Of a stretch of 64,000 nt of DNA, positions 20,378-30,673 are shown piece by piece. A model generated the notes under the pieces. The model was not told where the DNA came from. It searched no databases and saw only the letters and a program-made list of their open reading frames with translations. This DNA is from Candidatus Latescibacterota bacterium (GTDB taxonomy: Bacteria > Latescibacterota > UBA2968), in the NCBI GenBank assembly GCA_965204745.1, contig OZ242010.1:1664001-1728000 (forward strand). Reading direction: 5' to 3'. Both the position numbers and the translations under genes were made by a program. Within the stretch, counting starts at the first letter, position 1. Every line of letters starts with the position of its first letter.

Positions 20378-22974
20378 CAAGTTTCATCCTTTCCCTTTGT
20401 AAAATATGCTTCAGCCGCTACTGTGTCACCGGTTTGTAGTGATGCGTTTCCTGCGGCGATCATCGCGAGTTGCTGTAATTTTGTGCGAAATGCTTCATGT
20501 CTTGGTTCTTTTGCGAGAGCGTTGGTTGCGGTCTCCAATACATTTTGCTCGTATTGAAATGCGCGGAAGTGCGAGAAAAGGCTTGCGAAATGGCGTGATT
20601 CCCAAGCATCACGTTTGGCTAGTTGTAGGGCGGAAACCAAGAGGTCATCTGCTATACTCTGATACGTTGCGACTGGAAGTTGGTGTAGCCATTTGAAGAA
20701 TCGAAAATGTCCGTAGTAATTAGAGCGATCTCTGTCATGGTACGCTATATGCACACCAATGTCTTTGGCAACAAATTTAGCAATTTTTTCGTTTGGCTCG
20801 CAGAACCGAATCAGGTTTTCCGCGATCTTTCTATCTACAAAATATTCTTTAGTCGGAAAGACAGACTTGACCATGCGTAACGCCAATAGTTTGAGGCTCT
20901 CATCTCGGTGACCAATTTTCAGGATTGCATCGCAGATACCTTCGAGTTGATATTTATCATTATGATACACACGAAGGTGTGCTTCAAGACACTTAAGAAC
21001 TTCAAGTGGTTGCCTTTTATCAAACCACTTTGAACACCGAGCCACGGCTTGTCGCGCAGCTCGATGAACAATGACTTTCGGATCTTGTAGGTGAACGATA
21101 ATGGTGTCCACAAGATTTTGGGGTGGCATAGTGGTCGAAGAAGAGAACATCTCGACTGTTGCGTTTATTGCTTCAGCCCGCACCCAAGATGAATCGTAAT
21201 CCATCAACGTACGCCAAATCAAAGGTAGTACGCGTGTTTGGAGAGTATAGTTCTTGCCAAGTTCACCGAGCAACGATACACAGCACCCCTTGAATTCGTC
21301 CTCAAGGTGTGCTGACGGTTGGTTCAAACAGTTGAAGACAGAATCGAATGTCTCTGAAGGCTTGGCTTTGCAGAGTTCGTTCAAGCATCCCTGCAATCGT
21401 CTTTTGAATAAATCCCATTGTTGGATGCGCCCTAATTCTTCTAGCAACTGCTCAAGTTGAGTATCTTGCGTCTGAACCTGGTTAGGTAGCAGAATTTTGG
21501 GCGGTGAGGCAGGCGGAGGTTCCTCGCCACTAATGATGGCAAAATAACCGAGGAGAGAGTCAAAATGGTTCAGCATCTCTGCTGAGGCATCTTGACAGGC
21601 GATTTCCAACGCTTCAAATGCAGCGGCTCGAATATCGATCTCGAATCTGTCGTCCTTAGCCCATGAAAGTAACCGCTTAATTGCAATCTTCTCCTGTTCT
21701 GACACTTCAGTTCGGTTTCTATGATCCTGTCGTTCTTCCCAACTTACGGTCTGGTCAAAAAGTGGGCCTCGGTACACACGAATAATATCTTCTTGCACGG
21801 CTGGACGAACGCGGGTCATTGACTCGGCAAGAAACTGGTCAACTCTCTCTGGGGAATACCGAAACGCCGATTGCAAAATTTGGATAATCTGTTCTGATGG
21901 CTTCTCTGCACCTGACCGTGTATTTTCGTAAAATTCAAGTGATTGAACTAAGTCGCCAAGTAGATTCTCGGCTATCTGTGGTCGTTCGCGCTGAATGAGT
22001 TTGATCGTTCCACACAATTGGAAGCGTTCGGCCTCACTCTCGTTTTGTAGTTCGCGGCGAATAATGTTTTGCACACTCTCTGGGTCAGCGTCAAAATTTC
22101 GTACGATGACTGCGGTACTGTGATAGTAGCCAGATTCATCGTAGGCCCTATTACGAAAGAAAAGGTAGTGATCCTGCGAAAATATCAAGTGTTTGATACA
22201 TGCTTCACTGAGTGGATACTCAACGGCGTCACCGAGCGCGTTAAGCATTGCGGCAGACAACTCTGGAGATTGTCCTTTCACAATATTGTCAAAAGCTACT
22301 TGGCTAAAGCGAGGGCCTAACTCAGAGCGTTTGCTGGCGAGTGTTGTACAGACCGGAAGCATTAGTTCGGAAAATTCGGCGGAACCGGCAAGTAGCAAGA
22401 TCAGGTCAATAGCATCGTCCGGAAACAGATCTGCCCCCAAGAGTGCAGATTGTTGCAAGCGTTCGGATGCTTCCTTACGTTCGGTTTCATCTTCAGAAAA
22501 AAACTCCTCGAGATACTTAAGTATGCTGTAAGCTTCGGGTTCTGATTCCGAGCTGATCTCCCCGGATTTTATACGCAAATCAGAGCGGAGTTGGGATATT
22601 CGCTCCGCTTCTGTTTTGGTTGCTTGCTCGCGTTCTTGGACTTCTTTTTTGTTTTTTTTTATAATCTCTTGTCCCCAAGAAGTATCTCCATTAGGAGTAT
22701 GATGCGGACAAATGGCACAATGTTCTACAAGGAAATTGGAGAAAATCCAACGAAGATTCATGGACTCGTGCATGCCCTCTACTTTAGGGCAACCTATGCT
22801 ATGGCTTGCAATGGGAAGTCCTGTCCATTGTGCGTAAAGCCCTTCAGTGGTTCGCTCAATCTCCACATGTTTGCACCAACGCCGCATTTGGCGTATGCAC
22901 TCAGCATTGTCCTCGCCGAGCTTTATAGCTTGCTTAAAATCATCATCTTGAGTTTCGTCGAATCGTCGCATCAT
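20377..22974 (-). CDS. Large alpha-helical (HEAT/ARM-like) hypothetical protein with a Cys/His-rich N-terminus
   Basis: 865-aa ORF, AAGGAG RBS; WCKH, GCP, HCAICPHH near the N-terminus; Leu/Glu-rich helical remainder. Confidence 0.75.
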   Translation of the reverse strand: MMRRFDETQDDDFKQAIKLGEDNAECIRQMRRWCKHVEIERTTEGLYAQWTGLPIASHSIGCPKVEGMHESMNLRWIFSNFLVEHCAICPHHTPNGDTSWGQEIIKKNKKEVQEREQATKTEAERISQLRSDLRIKSGEISSESEPEAYSILKYLEEFFSEDETERKEASERLQQSALLGADLFPDDAIDLILLLAGSAEFSELMLPVCTTLASKRSELGPRFSQVAFDNIVKGQSPELSAAMLNALGDAVEYPLSEACIKHLIFSQDHYLFFRNRAYDESGYYHSTAVIVRNFDADPESVQNIIRRELQNESEAERFQLCGTIKLIQRERPQIAENLLGDLVQSLEFYENTRSGAEKPSEQIIQILQSAFRYSPERVDQFLAESMTRVRPAVQEDIIRVYRGPLFDQTVSWEERQDHRNRTEVSEQEKIAIKRLLSWAKDDRFEIDIRAAAFEALEIACQDASAEMLNHFDSLLGYFAIISGEEPPPASPPKILLPNQVQTQDTQLEQLLEELGRIQQWDLFKRRLQGCLNELCKAKPSETFDSVFNCLNQPSAHLEDEFKGCCVSLLGELGKNYTLQTRVLPLIWRTLMDYDSSWVRAEAINATVEMFSSSTTMPPQNLVDTIIVHLQDPKVIVHRAARQAVARCSKWFDKRQPLEVLKCLEAHLRVYHNDKYQLEGICDAILKIGHRDESLKLLALRMVKSVFPTKEYFVDRKIAENLIRFCEPNEKIAKFVAKDIGVHIAYHDRDRSNYYGHFRFFKWLHQLPVATYQSIADDLLVSALQLAKRDAWESRHFASLFSHFRAFQYEQNVLETATNALAKEPRHEAFRTKLQQLAMIAAGNASLQTGDTVAAEAYFTKGKDET

Positions 22975-23007
22975 TTTTTGATTCTCCTTAGCAGATGTTG
23001 CTACCTA

Positions 23008-26000
23008 TTATGCTTCTTGTTCTTCCTGCACACCCAACCCCGGCAACCCCTCCACAATCGCCGCTGTCTCTAAGCTCACCGCGATCACTTTGCCGATCAG
23101 TTTGACGATGTACTGCGGATCGGCCTCGCGGTTCGGGTCGTTGATTATGCCGCTTCGTTTGTCGGTCTTGACGCGGTATTGATCGATGACCCATTCGAGT
23201 GCCGAGCGGTTTCCGAGCCGATACTCAAATGCTTTGGGCGGAATCCCGTCGAGTGTCAAGAAGTCGTTGTACTCGATCTGCGTTTTGTCTTTGGACAAGC
23301 GCATCTTTTCCACGCGCCAGTCGAGCGGCGCGTCTGAATTTTCGATGAACTCGAGCCGATGTTCGGGTTGGGCTTCATAGCCGATGTGGAGTTCTGCCAA
23401 GCGTTGGCCGGCTTTGGCAAAGGCCCCAAAGTCCGGGGCGTAAGGGATGTGCGGCAGGTCGCGCTTGAGGTTGGCACGGTATCGCGCCCGGTATTCCGGG
23501 TGGTGGAGCAAGCCATAGACATAATGGAAGATGGCCCACTTATCAATCGCGTTGTCGCCGTAATGCGAGCGGAATTGAGCCAACGCCCAGTCGGTGATGT
23601 TCTCGCGGCGATTCGTTCCGTCCTCGTCGTAGGTGTAGAAGGGGAAACATTGAGTCCCGCCATTTGAGGAGTTTGAGAATTTTAACTCAACGATACGATC
23701 CGCTATAAGGCATCTGAAAACATCGTGCCCAAGTCCAGCAACACAAATGATCTGATTTTCCGTTTCTGTCTCAGGCGTGGGAAAGATGGAGGGGAAAGCG
23801 TAAACGCGCTCAGCCGTGAGTCTGTCAAAGTAGAGGTGCGATTTCGTGAACGGGCGATAGAGTGATGCCCTCATCTTTGCAGGCGAAAAATCAGCGGTTT
23901 TCCCTCGCTTTAAGTTCGCTTTCAGTGTTTCGCCCCACTTGATCTTTTCGTCATCATAAATCACAAAATCATCGACGTTTTCATTTTTGTTTTCATTTTT
24001 TTTAGACGCGCCCCACTTGAACACCTGCTCATTGTAGGTATCGATCATCCGCTCTATGTTTTCGGCGAGGGCGTTTGGGTTAAAGTTGTACGCCCACGCA
24101 TCGCGATTGGTTTTGACACCGCCGCTAAAGGTCCTAAAAATCACACCTTCAGCCCCGACCTTCGCCGCCTTTGCTTCCTTGCTTCCCATCGGGGTAAAGG
24201 TTTCAAATTCCGTCTGAAGTCCTTCCGTGAGCCAAGTGTGTCGCTCGTCCGGGTTAATCGTTTGCCACTCGATATTGTCGATGTGTTGCCGCTCGTTTAG
24301 GAAGTCGAATTTCTGCTTTTTGTTCCACAGGTCGTCGGTTCGGTAGTAAAAGATACGGGCTGTTTTTGATGGATTTTGTTTTACAAACAAATTGATGCTG
24401 ACCCCGACCCGAATGCCGAACACATTGGCATCCGCGACCTTCAATCCCTTGCGTGCATTCCCGCCCAAATCCAAAATGTAAATCGCGTCAAAATCGTCTG
24501 CGAGGTGTTTTCGCATGCCATCAAATGCCACGCCGTCGAGAAATCCGCTATTTGTCACAAAGGCGACAATGCCTTCCTCTCCGATCCGATCTGAAGCCCA
24601 ACGGATCGCTTTGACGTATGGATCGGCGAGGGCGTTTTTATTCGTTGCGTTGGACGCTTGCGAATAGGTTTCTCTGACCCGTGCATCTATCGTTTTGTAC
24701 TTCCGATTTTTGTTGTTGTCGTTCTCGTTGACCTGCCCCGCGTTGTAGGGCGGGTTGCCGACGATCACAAACATGTCAGTTTTCTTTTGTCGTTCAACCC
24801 GCGCCGTGTTCTCCGCTGTGAACAGGGCCAGTTCGCGTTCCTCTGCCAGTTCAAACGTATCGACCAAGCACAGCCCTTTATACGGCAGATAACGCCCCGT
24901 CGCCTCGTAGAACTCGTGCTCGATGTTCATAGACGCGATGTAATACGGCAACAGCATCACCTCGTTGCAGTGGAGTTCGGATGAGTACTTGTCCTCCAGC
25001 GCGGTTCTGCGAATCTCGCGCATCATGCGGACGATGAAATTGCCGGTGCCGACAAACGGGTCGATGATGTGAACGCCCGCGTCAGACAGGGAACGACCAA
25101 ACTCGGTCTTGAGGATGTGCTCAACGCTTTTCGCCATGAAATCGACAATCGGTTGCGGCGTATAGACGATGCCGTGCGTATCGGCGGCCTCCACCGAAAA
25201 GCCCTGAAAGAACTGCTCATAGACCGTGTTGAGGAAGTGCTGTTTTTGGGAGAAGTCATCGATGGTTTCCGCGGTCTGCTCAATCGCAACATAGAAGCGG
25301 TCAAGGCTTTTGAGAAACTCGTGGCGGTTAAACGATTGAGACGTGAGCGCGTCGATGACCTTTTCGATCTCGTTGGCGATAGCGTTGCGCCGCGTGAAAT
25401 CGGGGTTGCTGAAGACGGTTCGGAAAATCCGCTCGGTCAAGAGGTGTTGAACGAGCATCTCCTCGACAGCGGCTTCGGAGAGATTGGGGTTGATGGACTG
25501 ACGGCATTTTTCGTAGAAACCCGCAAAGGCCATCGTGAACCGGCGGTTGGTCTGTCGCTCCCGTTGGATCAACGCCGCCAACCCGCGCCCGATATCGGGC
25601 ACTTTGTCCTTGAACTGCGCGACGGCCTCTTCCCATTTGGCGATCTCTGCCGGACGATGGGAAAAGAAGGTCTCGAGCGTCTCGACAAGTCGCCTTTGAT
25701 CGGTCAAATCCGCGTCGAGAACGGGCGCGTCATTCTGCCACAGGATCGCCCGTTGGGGCGTTTGGAACAGGATGTTGTCTCGCGGATAGCCCGCCGCAAA
25801 CTTGTGTTGCACTTCGGCGTCGAGGTCGTCGTGAATATCCTTTGCTTCCCAATAGCCGTGCGGCAAGTTGAACGCGTCGATCAACGCGCCATCGACGACA
25901 ATCCGCTTATTGCCGCCGAGCGAGATGGCATGTTCGGGGACGAGTGTCCACGCAACTTGCCGAGCACACGATTCGAGCAGCGCATGAAACGCCGAGCGCA

Positions 26001-26100
26001 CGGCGGTTTCATGCGTCACGCCGAGGTGCTCAAATTCGCGGAGCGATTCGTAATACGCCCTAACGGGCTTGTGCGTGGGTTTGAGATTGAGCGTTGGCAT
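23008..26100 (-). CDS. Single-polypeptide restriction-modification enzyme (type IIG / helicase-less ISP-like): nuclease + N6-adenine MTase + target recognition region
   Basis: VDGAL...GYWEAKD nuclease motif; GIVYTP, IIDPFVGTGNF, VGNPPY; C-terminal GVKTNRDAW, YRPF, EYRLGNRSALEW. Confidence 0.9.
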   Translation of the reverse strand: MPTLNLKPTHKPVRAYYESLREFEHLGVTHETAVRSAFHALLESCARQVAWTLVPEHAISLGGNKRIVVDGALIDAFNLPHGYWEAKDIHDDLDAEVQHKFAAGYPRDNILFQTPQRAILWQNDAPVLDADLTDQRRLVETLETFFSHRPAEIAKWEEAVAQFKDKVPDIGRGLAALIQRERQTNRRFTMAFAGFYEKCRQSINPNLSEAAVEEMLVQHLLTERIFRTVFSNPDFTRRNAIANEIEKVIDALTSQSFNRHEFLKSLDRFYVAIEQTAETIDDFSQKQHFLNTVYEQFFQGFSVEAADTHGIVYTPQPIVDFMAKSVEHILKTEFGRSLSDAGVHIIDPFVGTGNFIVRMMREIRRTALEDKYSSELHCNEVMLLPYYIASMNIEHEFYEATGRYLPYKGLCLVDTFELAEERELALFTAENTARVERQKKTDMFVIVGNPPYNAGQVNENDNNKNRKYKTIDARVRETYSQASNATNKNALADPYVKAIRWASDRIGEEGIVAFVTNSGFLDGVAFDGMRKHLADDFDAIYILDLGGNARKGLKVADANVFGIRVGVSINLFVKQNPSKTARIFYYRTDDLWNKKQKFDFLNERQHIDNIEWQTINPDERHTWLTEGLQTEFETFTPMGSKEAKAAKVGAEGVIFRTFSGGVKTNRDAWAYNFNPNALAENIERMIDTYNEQVFKWGASKKNENKNENVDDFVIYDDEKIKWGETLKANLKRGKTADFSPAKMRASLYRPFTKSHLYFDRLTAERVYAFPSIFPTPETETENQIICVAGLGHDVFRCLIADRIVELKFSNSSNGGTQCFPFYTYDEDGTNRRENITDWALAQFRSHYGDNAIDKWAIFHYVYGLLHHPEYRARYRANLKRDLPHIPYAPDFGAFAKAGQRLAELHIGYEAQPEHRLEFIENSDAPLDWRVEKMRLSKDKTQIEYNDFLTLDGIPPKAFEYRLGNRSALEWVIDQYRVKTDKRSGIINDPNREADPQYIVKLIGKVIAVSLETAAIVEGLPGLGVQEEQEA

Positions 26101-26107
26101 GTTGGTA

Positions 26108-27145
26108 TTATTTTTTTACCGCGTCGATAAGTCGCGCGATGATTTCATTTTGGCTGGCGGTCTCGTTGTTCTCTGCTCTGAACTGATCCCACAGGCCTGG
26201 GTTTTGGGCGATGACCAAACCCAATCGCGGGCATACCCAGATGTGTTTCGCGCCCGCGCCGGATGCGGCGAAGGAATCTCGGGGGGCGTCTGCCCATTGT
26301 TTCCCGTGGTCGTTGCACCAGAACCCGTGCCCGTAGTTCCAATTTTCTTCGGGTTCGTTTTTCAGGATGAAGGCATTGGTTTTGGTGGCTTCTTTGAGGT
26401 ACTTTTCCGGGGCGACCTGAACGCCGTTCCAGTTGCCGTAATTGAGCCACAAGTGCCCTGCGCGCAGTTGATCGCGCAACGTGGTATGCACCTGCGTGTA
26501 ATACCCGAAGATGTTGATCCGCGCATTGTTGCCCAGGTCAAAATTGGCGTGCGAATGCGTCCATGCCCCACCGATGGGATCGCGCATCTTTTCGTTGATC
26601 AACTTGCCACACCCCGGCGAACCCTCGGGATCGGTTGCGTCGTAATACCCGTACAGTTTGGCGATAGCGTGCGTGAGGATGTTCATGCCATACGTTTGAT
26701 AGTGAAAGACTCTGCCCGGTTTTTCCCCCGGTTTCATGTAGCCCGACACATTGCAGATGAGGTGCCGAAAGGTGATCTCGCGGTCTTTTTCAAACGCATA
26801 TCGCCCGGGCTTTGGGCCTTCTTGCTCGCCCACGTCCATCATTTCCGGATAGTAGTTGACGACGCGTTCATCGGGCGAAGACAATTTGCCCTCGGCGACC
26901 ACAATGCCCAAGAGCGTGGCGTAATACGACTTTGCGGCAGATGCCTGCGAATGCACAGAACCCCCTGCAATGCCTTGCCGCCACTCGGCAACGAGATAGC
27001 CATAACGCGCAATCCCCACCTGAAAGGGCCGATTGCCTGCCACCTCTTGCAACCACGTCTGCACCCGCGCGAGTTTGTCCGCATCAAAGCCGATATCCCC
27101 GGGCCTTCGCGCCTCCCACTCCGCATGTGGAAAAGTCATATCCAT
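26108..27145 (-). CDS. Serine hydrolase (beta-lactamase class C-like)
   Basis: ASAAKS (SxxK), ITFRHLI, FHY, YGHGFW, AASGAGAK; GAGGAG RBS. Confidence 0.88.
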   Translation of the reverse strand: MDMTFPHAEWEARRPGDIGFDADKLARVQTWLQEVAGNRPFQVGIARYGYLVAEWRQGIAGGSVHSQASAAKSYYATLLGIVVAEGKLSSPDERVVNYYPEMMDVGEQEGPKPGRYAFEKDREITFRHLICNVSGYMKPGEKPGRVFHYQTYGMNILTHAIAKLYGYYDATDPEGSPGCGKLINEKMRDPIGGAWTHSHANFDLGNNARINIFGYYTQVHTTLRDQLRAGHLWLNYGNWNGVQVAPEKYLKEATKTNAFILKNEPEENWNYGHGFWCNDHGKQWADAPRDSFAASGAGAKHIWVCPRLGLVIAQNPGLWDQFRAENNETASQNEIIARLIDAVKK

Positions 27146-27177
27146 CCCAAAAATCTCCTCGTATCGAGACAGGCGTA

Positions 27178-27501
27178 TTATTCGCCTGATAACGCGACAC
27201 CCTCTTTGCGAATATTCCGAAGCAGGGGACCGCGTTTGTTTTCGTAACGCTGGCGATCTACAAACACACAACTGATCACCACTTCGTTTTCCAAACAAAG
27301 ATCGGACACAATCCCACAGGTTCGCTCAATTTCCTCACCTGCATTTACAGGCCCATTCAATACGACGAGCACATCGATATCCGAGTCGGGCTTTGCATCG
27401 CCGCGTGCCCTCGAACCGAATAACACCATGCGCGCCAGACGATCACCGTAAAATATCTCAAAACGATGGCGCAATATTTGGAGAACGACTTTCAAATTCA
27501 T
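27178..27501 (-). CDS. Minimal nucleotidyltransferase (MNT antitoxin-like); no HEPN partner
   Basis: LFGSRARGDAKPDSDIDVLVV. Confidence 0.88.
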   Translation of the reverse strand: MNLKVVLQILRHRFEIFYGDRLARMVLFGSRARGDAKPDSDIDVLVVLNGPVNAGEEIERTCGIVSDLCLENEVVISCVFVDRQRYENKRGPLLRNIRKEGVALSGE

Positions 27502-27693
27502 AGCCCACCCTCCAGTCGTCAGCCCACCTATCTCGTATCTTCGGTCGAGCACGGGGGCATCGCTCAAAAAGGTGAGAGGCAAGACGGGAGAAGATCTACA
27601 CCACTGCTCGCCTTTGAACGGGTTGTCGCCAGTTGTACCCCGCTCGTGCCTTTTGTGGCTAAAATCCCTCTCCCGTGGCGTTGCCCGATTGGT

Positions 27694-29499
27694 TCATTTC
27701 GGCAAGACGTATCCGATCTTTCTGAGTGCATTGCGAAAGGCTGTCAGGGATTTTTCCGGCACGACCAGATGGCGGTCGCCTGATAGATGGCAATATTTTT
27801 TGACGCCTCGGTCATGCGCGAGAAACTGTGCGGTCTCGGCGTCTGTCACCTCGATCAAATGCGCTGTACCTTTGACGCTTAAACGCGATACTTTGCCGGC
27901 CATATCGTCAAACAGCACGGCCACGGGCTGTGGCAATTCCCCGCCGCTTTTGTGGGTGAGAAATGACCGCATCTGATCGAGCGATTGCCCGCTCTCCAAG
28001 CCTTTGAGCATCCGTTCGGGCCGAATGGTCCACACGTTGTCAGAAGTCTTGTCCGCGCATTGTTCCAGCGCGATCTGATCGCCCAACGGCAGGGGCTTCA
28101 AGGCGACCACATCGAAATTGGGCAACACTTTGAGCACGGGTTCAGCTTTCACTTCTGAAGGCGCGTAAGACCGCGTTTTGCCCAAACAAAAAGCCCCCAA
28201 CGCATTCACGCGCACATACATCAACCCATCGTAGCGACTCAAAAAATCGAGATCGCCCTCGTAGTCTTTGGGGCCATGTACGGGTTCAATGTATGCCACA
28301 TCGACAAGCCCCAAGGTCGCGGCATATTCAAACAGCAAGGCCATGGTGTAGCGGGATGTCAGCAAGGGCCAGTTGTCGGTCAAATGTCCATAGTGATCGA
28401 AAACATAAATCTCCCACGGCTCGTGCGACACGATCAGCACATGGCCGGCCGCACGCATGAAATTGCAAAAGCTGGCAAAATTGAACCACTTTTCCGTTGG
28501 GCATTGCCCGATTGCTTTGACGATCATCTCGCGCCGCTCTACCGGAGATGTCAGTCCCGATTTCCCAGGTCCAGCCTGCCCGCGCAAGAGATCGATTCGT
28601 TGCAACTCATCGATGGTTTTATTTTTTAGCCACGCCTGCCACATGGTCTTAATCGTTTCGTGAGGGGGCGCGATCAATGCCTTTCGCCCCGCGGTTGTCA
28701 AATGCAACTTGCCGCTTTTCAAACTCGCCAGTTTTGCCGCGTGAACCAACACCGGCCAAGCATAAGCCCTAATCGGACCGGGCAAGTCTTCCCACTTGTG
28801 GCACTTTTCGCGATCCAAATAAAAATCGCCGCCCGAAAGTGCCTCGCCAACAGCGCGAACACTGGCGGCTGTCGGGCGTTCCGTGATTTTACTCAGGCGC
28901 ACTTTGCCCGCGTCGACCAACCGCAATACGGCTATCAGTTCTTCTGGTGCTGCCTGCTCGGTGTCGACGCGATGAAGCGGGAACCGTTCTGCCTTCCCCT
29001 TGTTTGTCAAAAAAATATCGCGGATAATATCGACGGTTTCCGGACATTCTTCTTGAACCCGCAATTTTGCGGGCGGCGGTTTGGGCACAAATTTTTTCAA
29101 TGCGGCTTTCAAATCAGCGGGCACGACCTTCTGATCGCCGATATAATCATAGCGGGCATAGACAAAAAGAAACAAGTTGAGCAGGGAAGGCTCGCGAATA
29201 TAATTCCCCCAAGGGGCCGTTTCGCCCCAATCTGGATCTGTGCCATATTTGAGTCTAAACCCCAACTCGTCAAACCACGGCGCGTAAAGTGCTTCTGCAA
29301 CGGCTTTCTGTTGCACCTCGTCCAGCAGTTCCCAGTACTCGCGCGTGTACCCGAGCATCTCCTTGACGATGACGGCGATAATATCCGCCTTGCGCGTGGG
29401 CAAACGCGCGCCGGTCAACAAACGCGCGAGTTTCTTGAGTTGACCGACCACATGCCCGTTCAGAAATTCTGCAAGTGTTCCCGATAGAGGGTCTGTCAT
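27694..29499 (-). CDS. Helicase-associated domain protein (XPB-partner-like C-terminal domain)
   Basis: TRKADII N-terminus; LFEYAATLGLVDVAY, LSRYDGL; C-terminal VLPNFDVV...FLTHKSGGELPQPV. Confidence 0.7.
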   Translation of the reverse strand: MTDPLSGTLAEFLNGHVVGQLKKLARLLTGARLPTRKADIIAVIVKEMLGYTREYWELLDEVQQKAVAEALYAPWFDELGFRLKYGTDPDWGETAPWGNYIREPSLLNLFLFVYARYDYIGDQKVVPADLKAALKKFVPKPPPAKLRVQEECPETVDIIRDIFLTNKGKAERFPLHRVDTEQAAPEELIAVLRLVDAGKVRLSKITERPTAASVRAVGEALSGGDFYLDREKCHKWEDLPGPIRAYAWPVLVHAAKLASLKSGKLHLTTAGRKALIAPPHETIKTMWQAWLKNKTIDELQRIDLLRGQAGPGKSGLTSPVERREMIVKAIGQCPTEKWFNFASFCNFMRAAGHVLIVSHEPWEIYVFDHYGHLTDNWPLLTSRYTMALLFEYAATLGLVDVAYIEPVHGPKDYEGDLDFLSRYDGLMYVRVNALGAFCLGKTRSYAPSEVKAEPVLKVLPNFDVVALKPLPLGDQIALEQCADKTSDNVWTIRPERMLKGLESGQSLDQMRSFLTHKSGGELPQPVAVLFDDMAGKVSRLSVKGTAHLIEVTDAETAQFLAHDRGVKKYCHLSGDRHLVVPEKSLTAFRNALRKIGYVLPK

Positions 29500-29539
29500 A
29501 ACGAGACGTCCTCTTTGTGAATAGTCCGTAGTGGGAGTG

Positions 29540-30673
29540 TCACTGTCCCACCCTGAACCCATCTTCTCGTGCGATGCCTTCTGCTATCGCGGCTGCTTCG
29601 AGGTCAAAGCCCGTACCGGGGGTATCGGGCACGATCAAACACCCGTCCCGCATTGTCCATCCGTCTAAGACAATGCCCGGCATGGCTGCGGGGGCGGCTT
29701 CTTGCAGGCAGAAATGCGGGATGGAAGCGGCAAAATGCGCGTGGGCATACCGCTCGATCAAACTGCCCCAGCAGTGGGGGGCGCACTGGCCGCCCCAGGG
29801 TTCGATCATCGCGGCGGTTTCGCGCCACCACGTGAGGCCCTTGGCGCGGAAATCGTGTTGCACCACGTCGATCCACCCGCGTTTGACCATGTCGAAATAA
29901 GTGGGCGGCGGCGGGCCGGATTCGCCATCCGCGACCAGGGTATCATAGCCCTTTTGCACGATGAAGTGCTTAAGGGCTTCGTTAAAAGATCGATCCTCGT
30001 GAAAGGGCTCTTCAAACCAGTAGATGCCCACAGCTTCGCAGCGCGTGAGAATGTCTTTTGCGATGTTGAGCGTGGTGCCGTTGTTGGCGTCGATGAGGAT
30101 TTTCGCATCTGCACCTGCGGCTTCCCGAACGCTGTGAATGACCAGCACATCCCGGTCCGTGCCCTCTGTGACGGGCATCCAGCGCGCGCCGCGCCCGACC
30201 TTGATTTTGAAATTTTTGTACCCGTACTCGTGCCCGGTTTTGACTTCCTCGTGGAAGATGGCGACGGCCTCTTCGTCTGAGGCGTCCAAGTCGTCGATGT
30301 AAATCGACCCGTCGTACAATTCAACTGCGCGCGATCCCCGAGCACCCAAGAGTTGGTACAGGGGTTGGCCCGACAATTTTGCCACCAGATCCCACAGGGG
30401 CAAATCAATCGCGGTGCCGGCTTCGGTTGAGCCGCTGGGCAATTGGAACACATCCCCCACGGGTTTGCCCACCAATGCCTCGGCTTCTTCCCGATCCAGC
30501 CGCGCCCATCCGACGCCGATGGCGCCGCTGTTCGTGTGGATGCGAACCACGGGGTCGGTCACCGTGTCCCCGTGGATGCCGATGCGCGCATTGCGCCCGA
30601 CCACGCGGGGGCGCTTGAATTTCAGGACCACTTTTTCAATTCGGACGATTTTTTCCCGGTGCAAGTTCGGCAT
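29540..30673 (-). CDS. Mandelate racemase/muconate lactonizing (enolase superfamily) enzyme
   Basis: AIDLPLWDL, FKIKVG, ILIDANN, WFEEP, ADGE, APHCWG. Confidence 0.9.
   Translation of the reverse strand: MPNLHREKIVRIEKVVLKFKRPRVVGRNARIGIHGDTVTDPVVRIHTNSGAIGVGWARLDREEAEALVGKPVGDVFQLPSGSTEAGTAIDLPLWDLVAKLSGQPLYQLLGARGSRAVELYDGSIYIDDLDASDEEAVAIFHEEVKTGHEYGYKNFKIKVGRGARWMPVTEGTDRDVLVIHSVREAAGADAKILIDANNGTTLNIAKDILTRCEAVGIYWFEEPFHEDRSFNEALKHFIVQKGYDTLVADGESGPPPPTYFDMVKRGWIDVVQHDFRAKGLTWWRETAAMIEPWGGQCAPHCWGSLIERYAHAHFAASIPHFCLQEAAPAAMPGIVLDGWTMRDGCLIVPDTPGTGFDLEAAAIAEGIAREDGFRVGQ

Noticed and set aside
20375-20380. 865-aa and ~497-aa ORFs as one frameshifted gene
   Set aside because: A clean TGATG overlap with a purine-rich SD-like sequence upstream fits two coupled genes, though fused homologues cannot be excluded without a search
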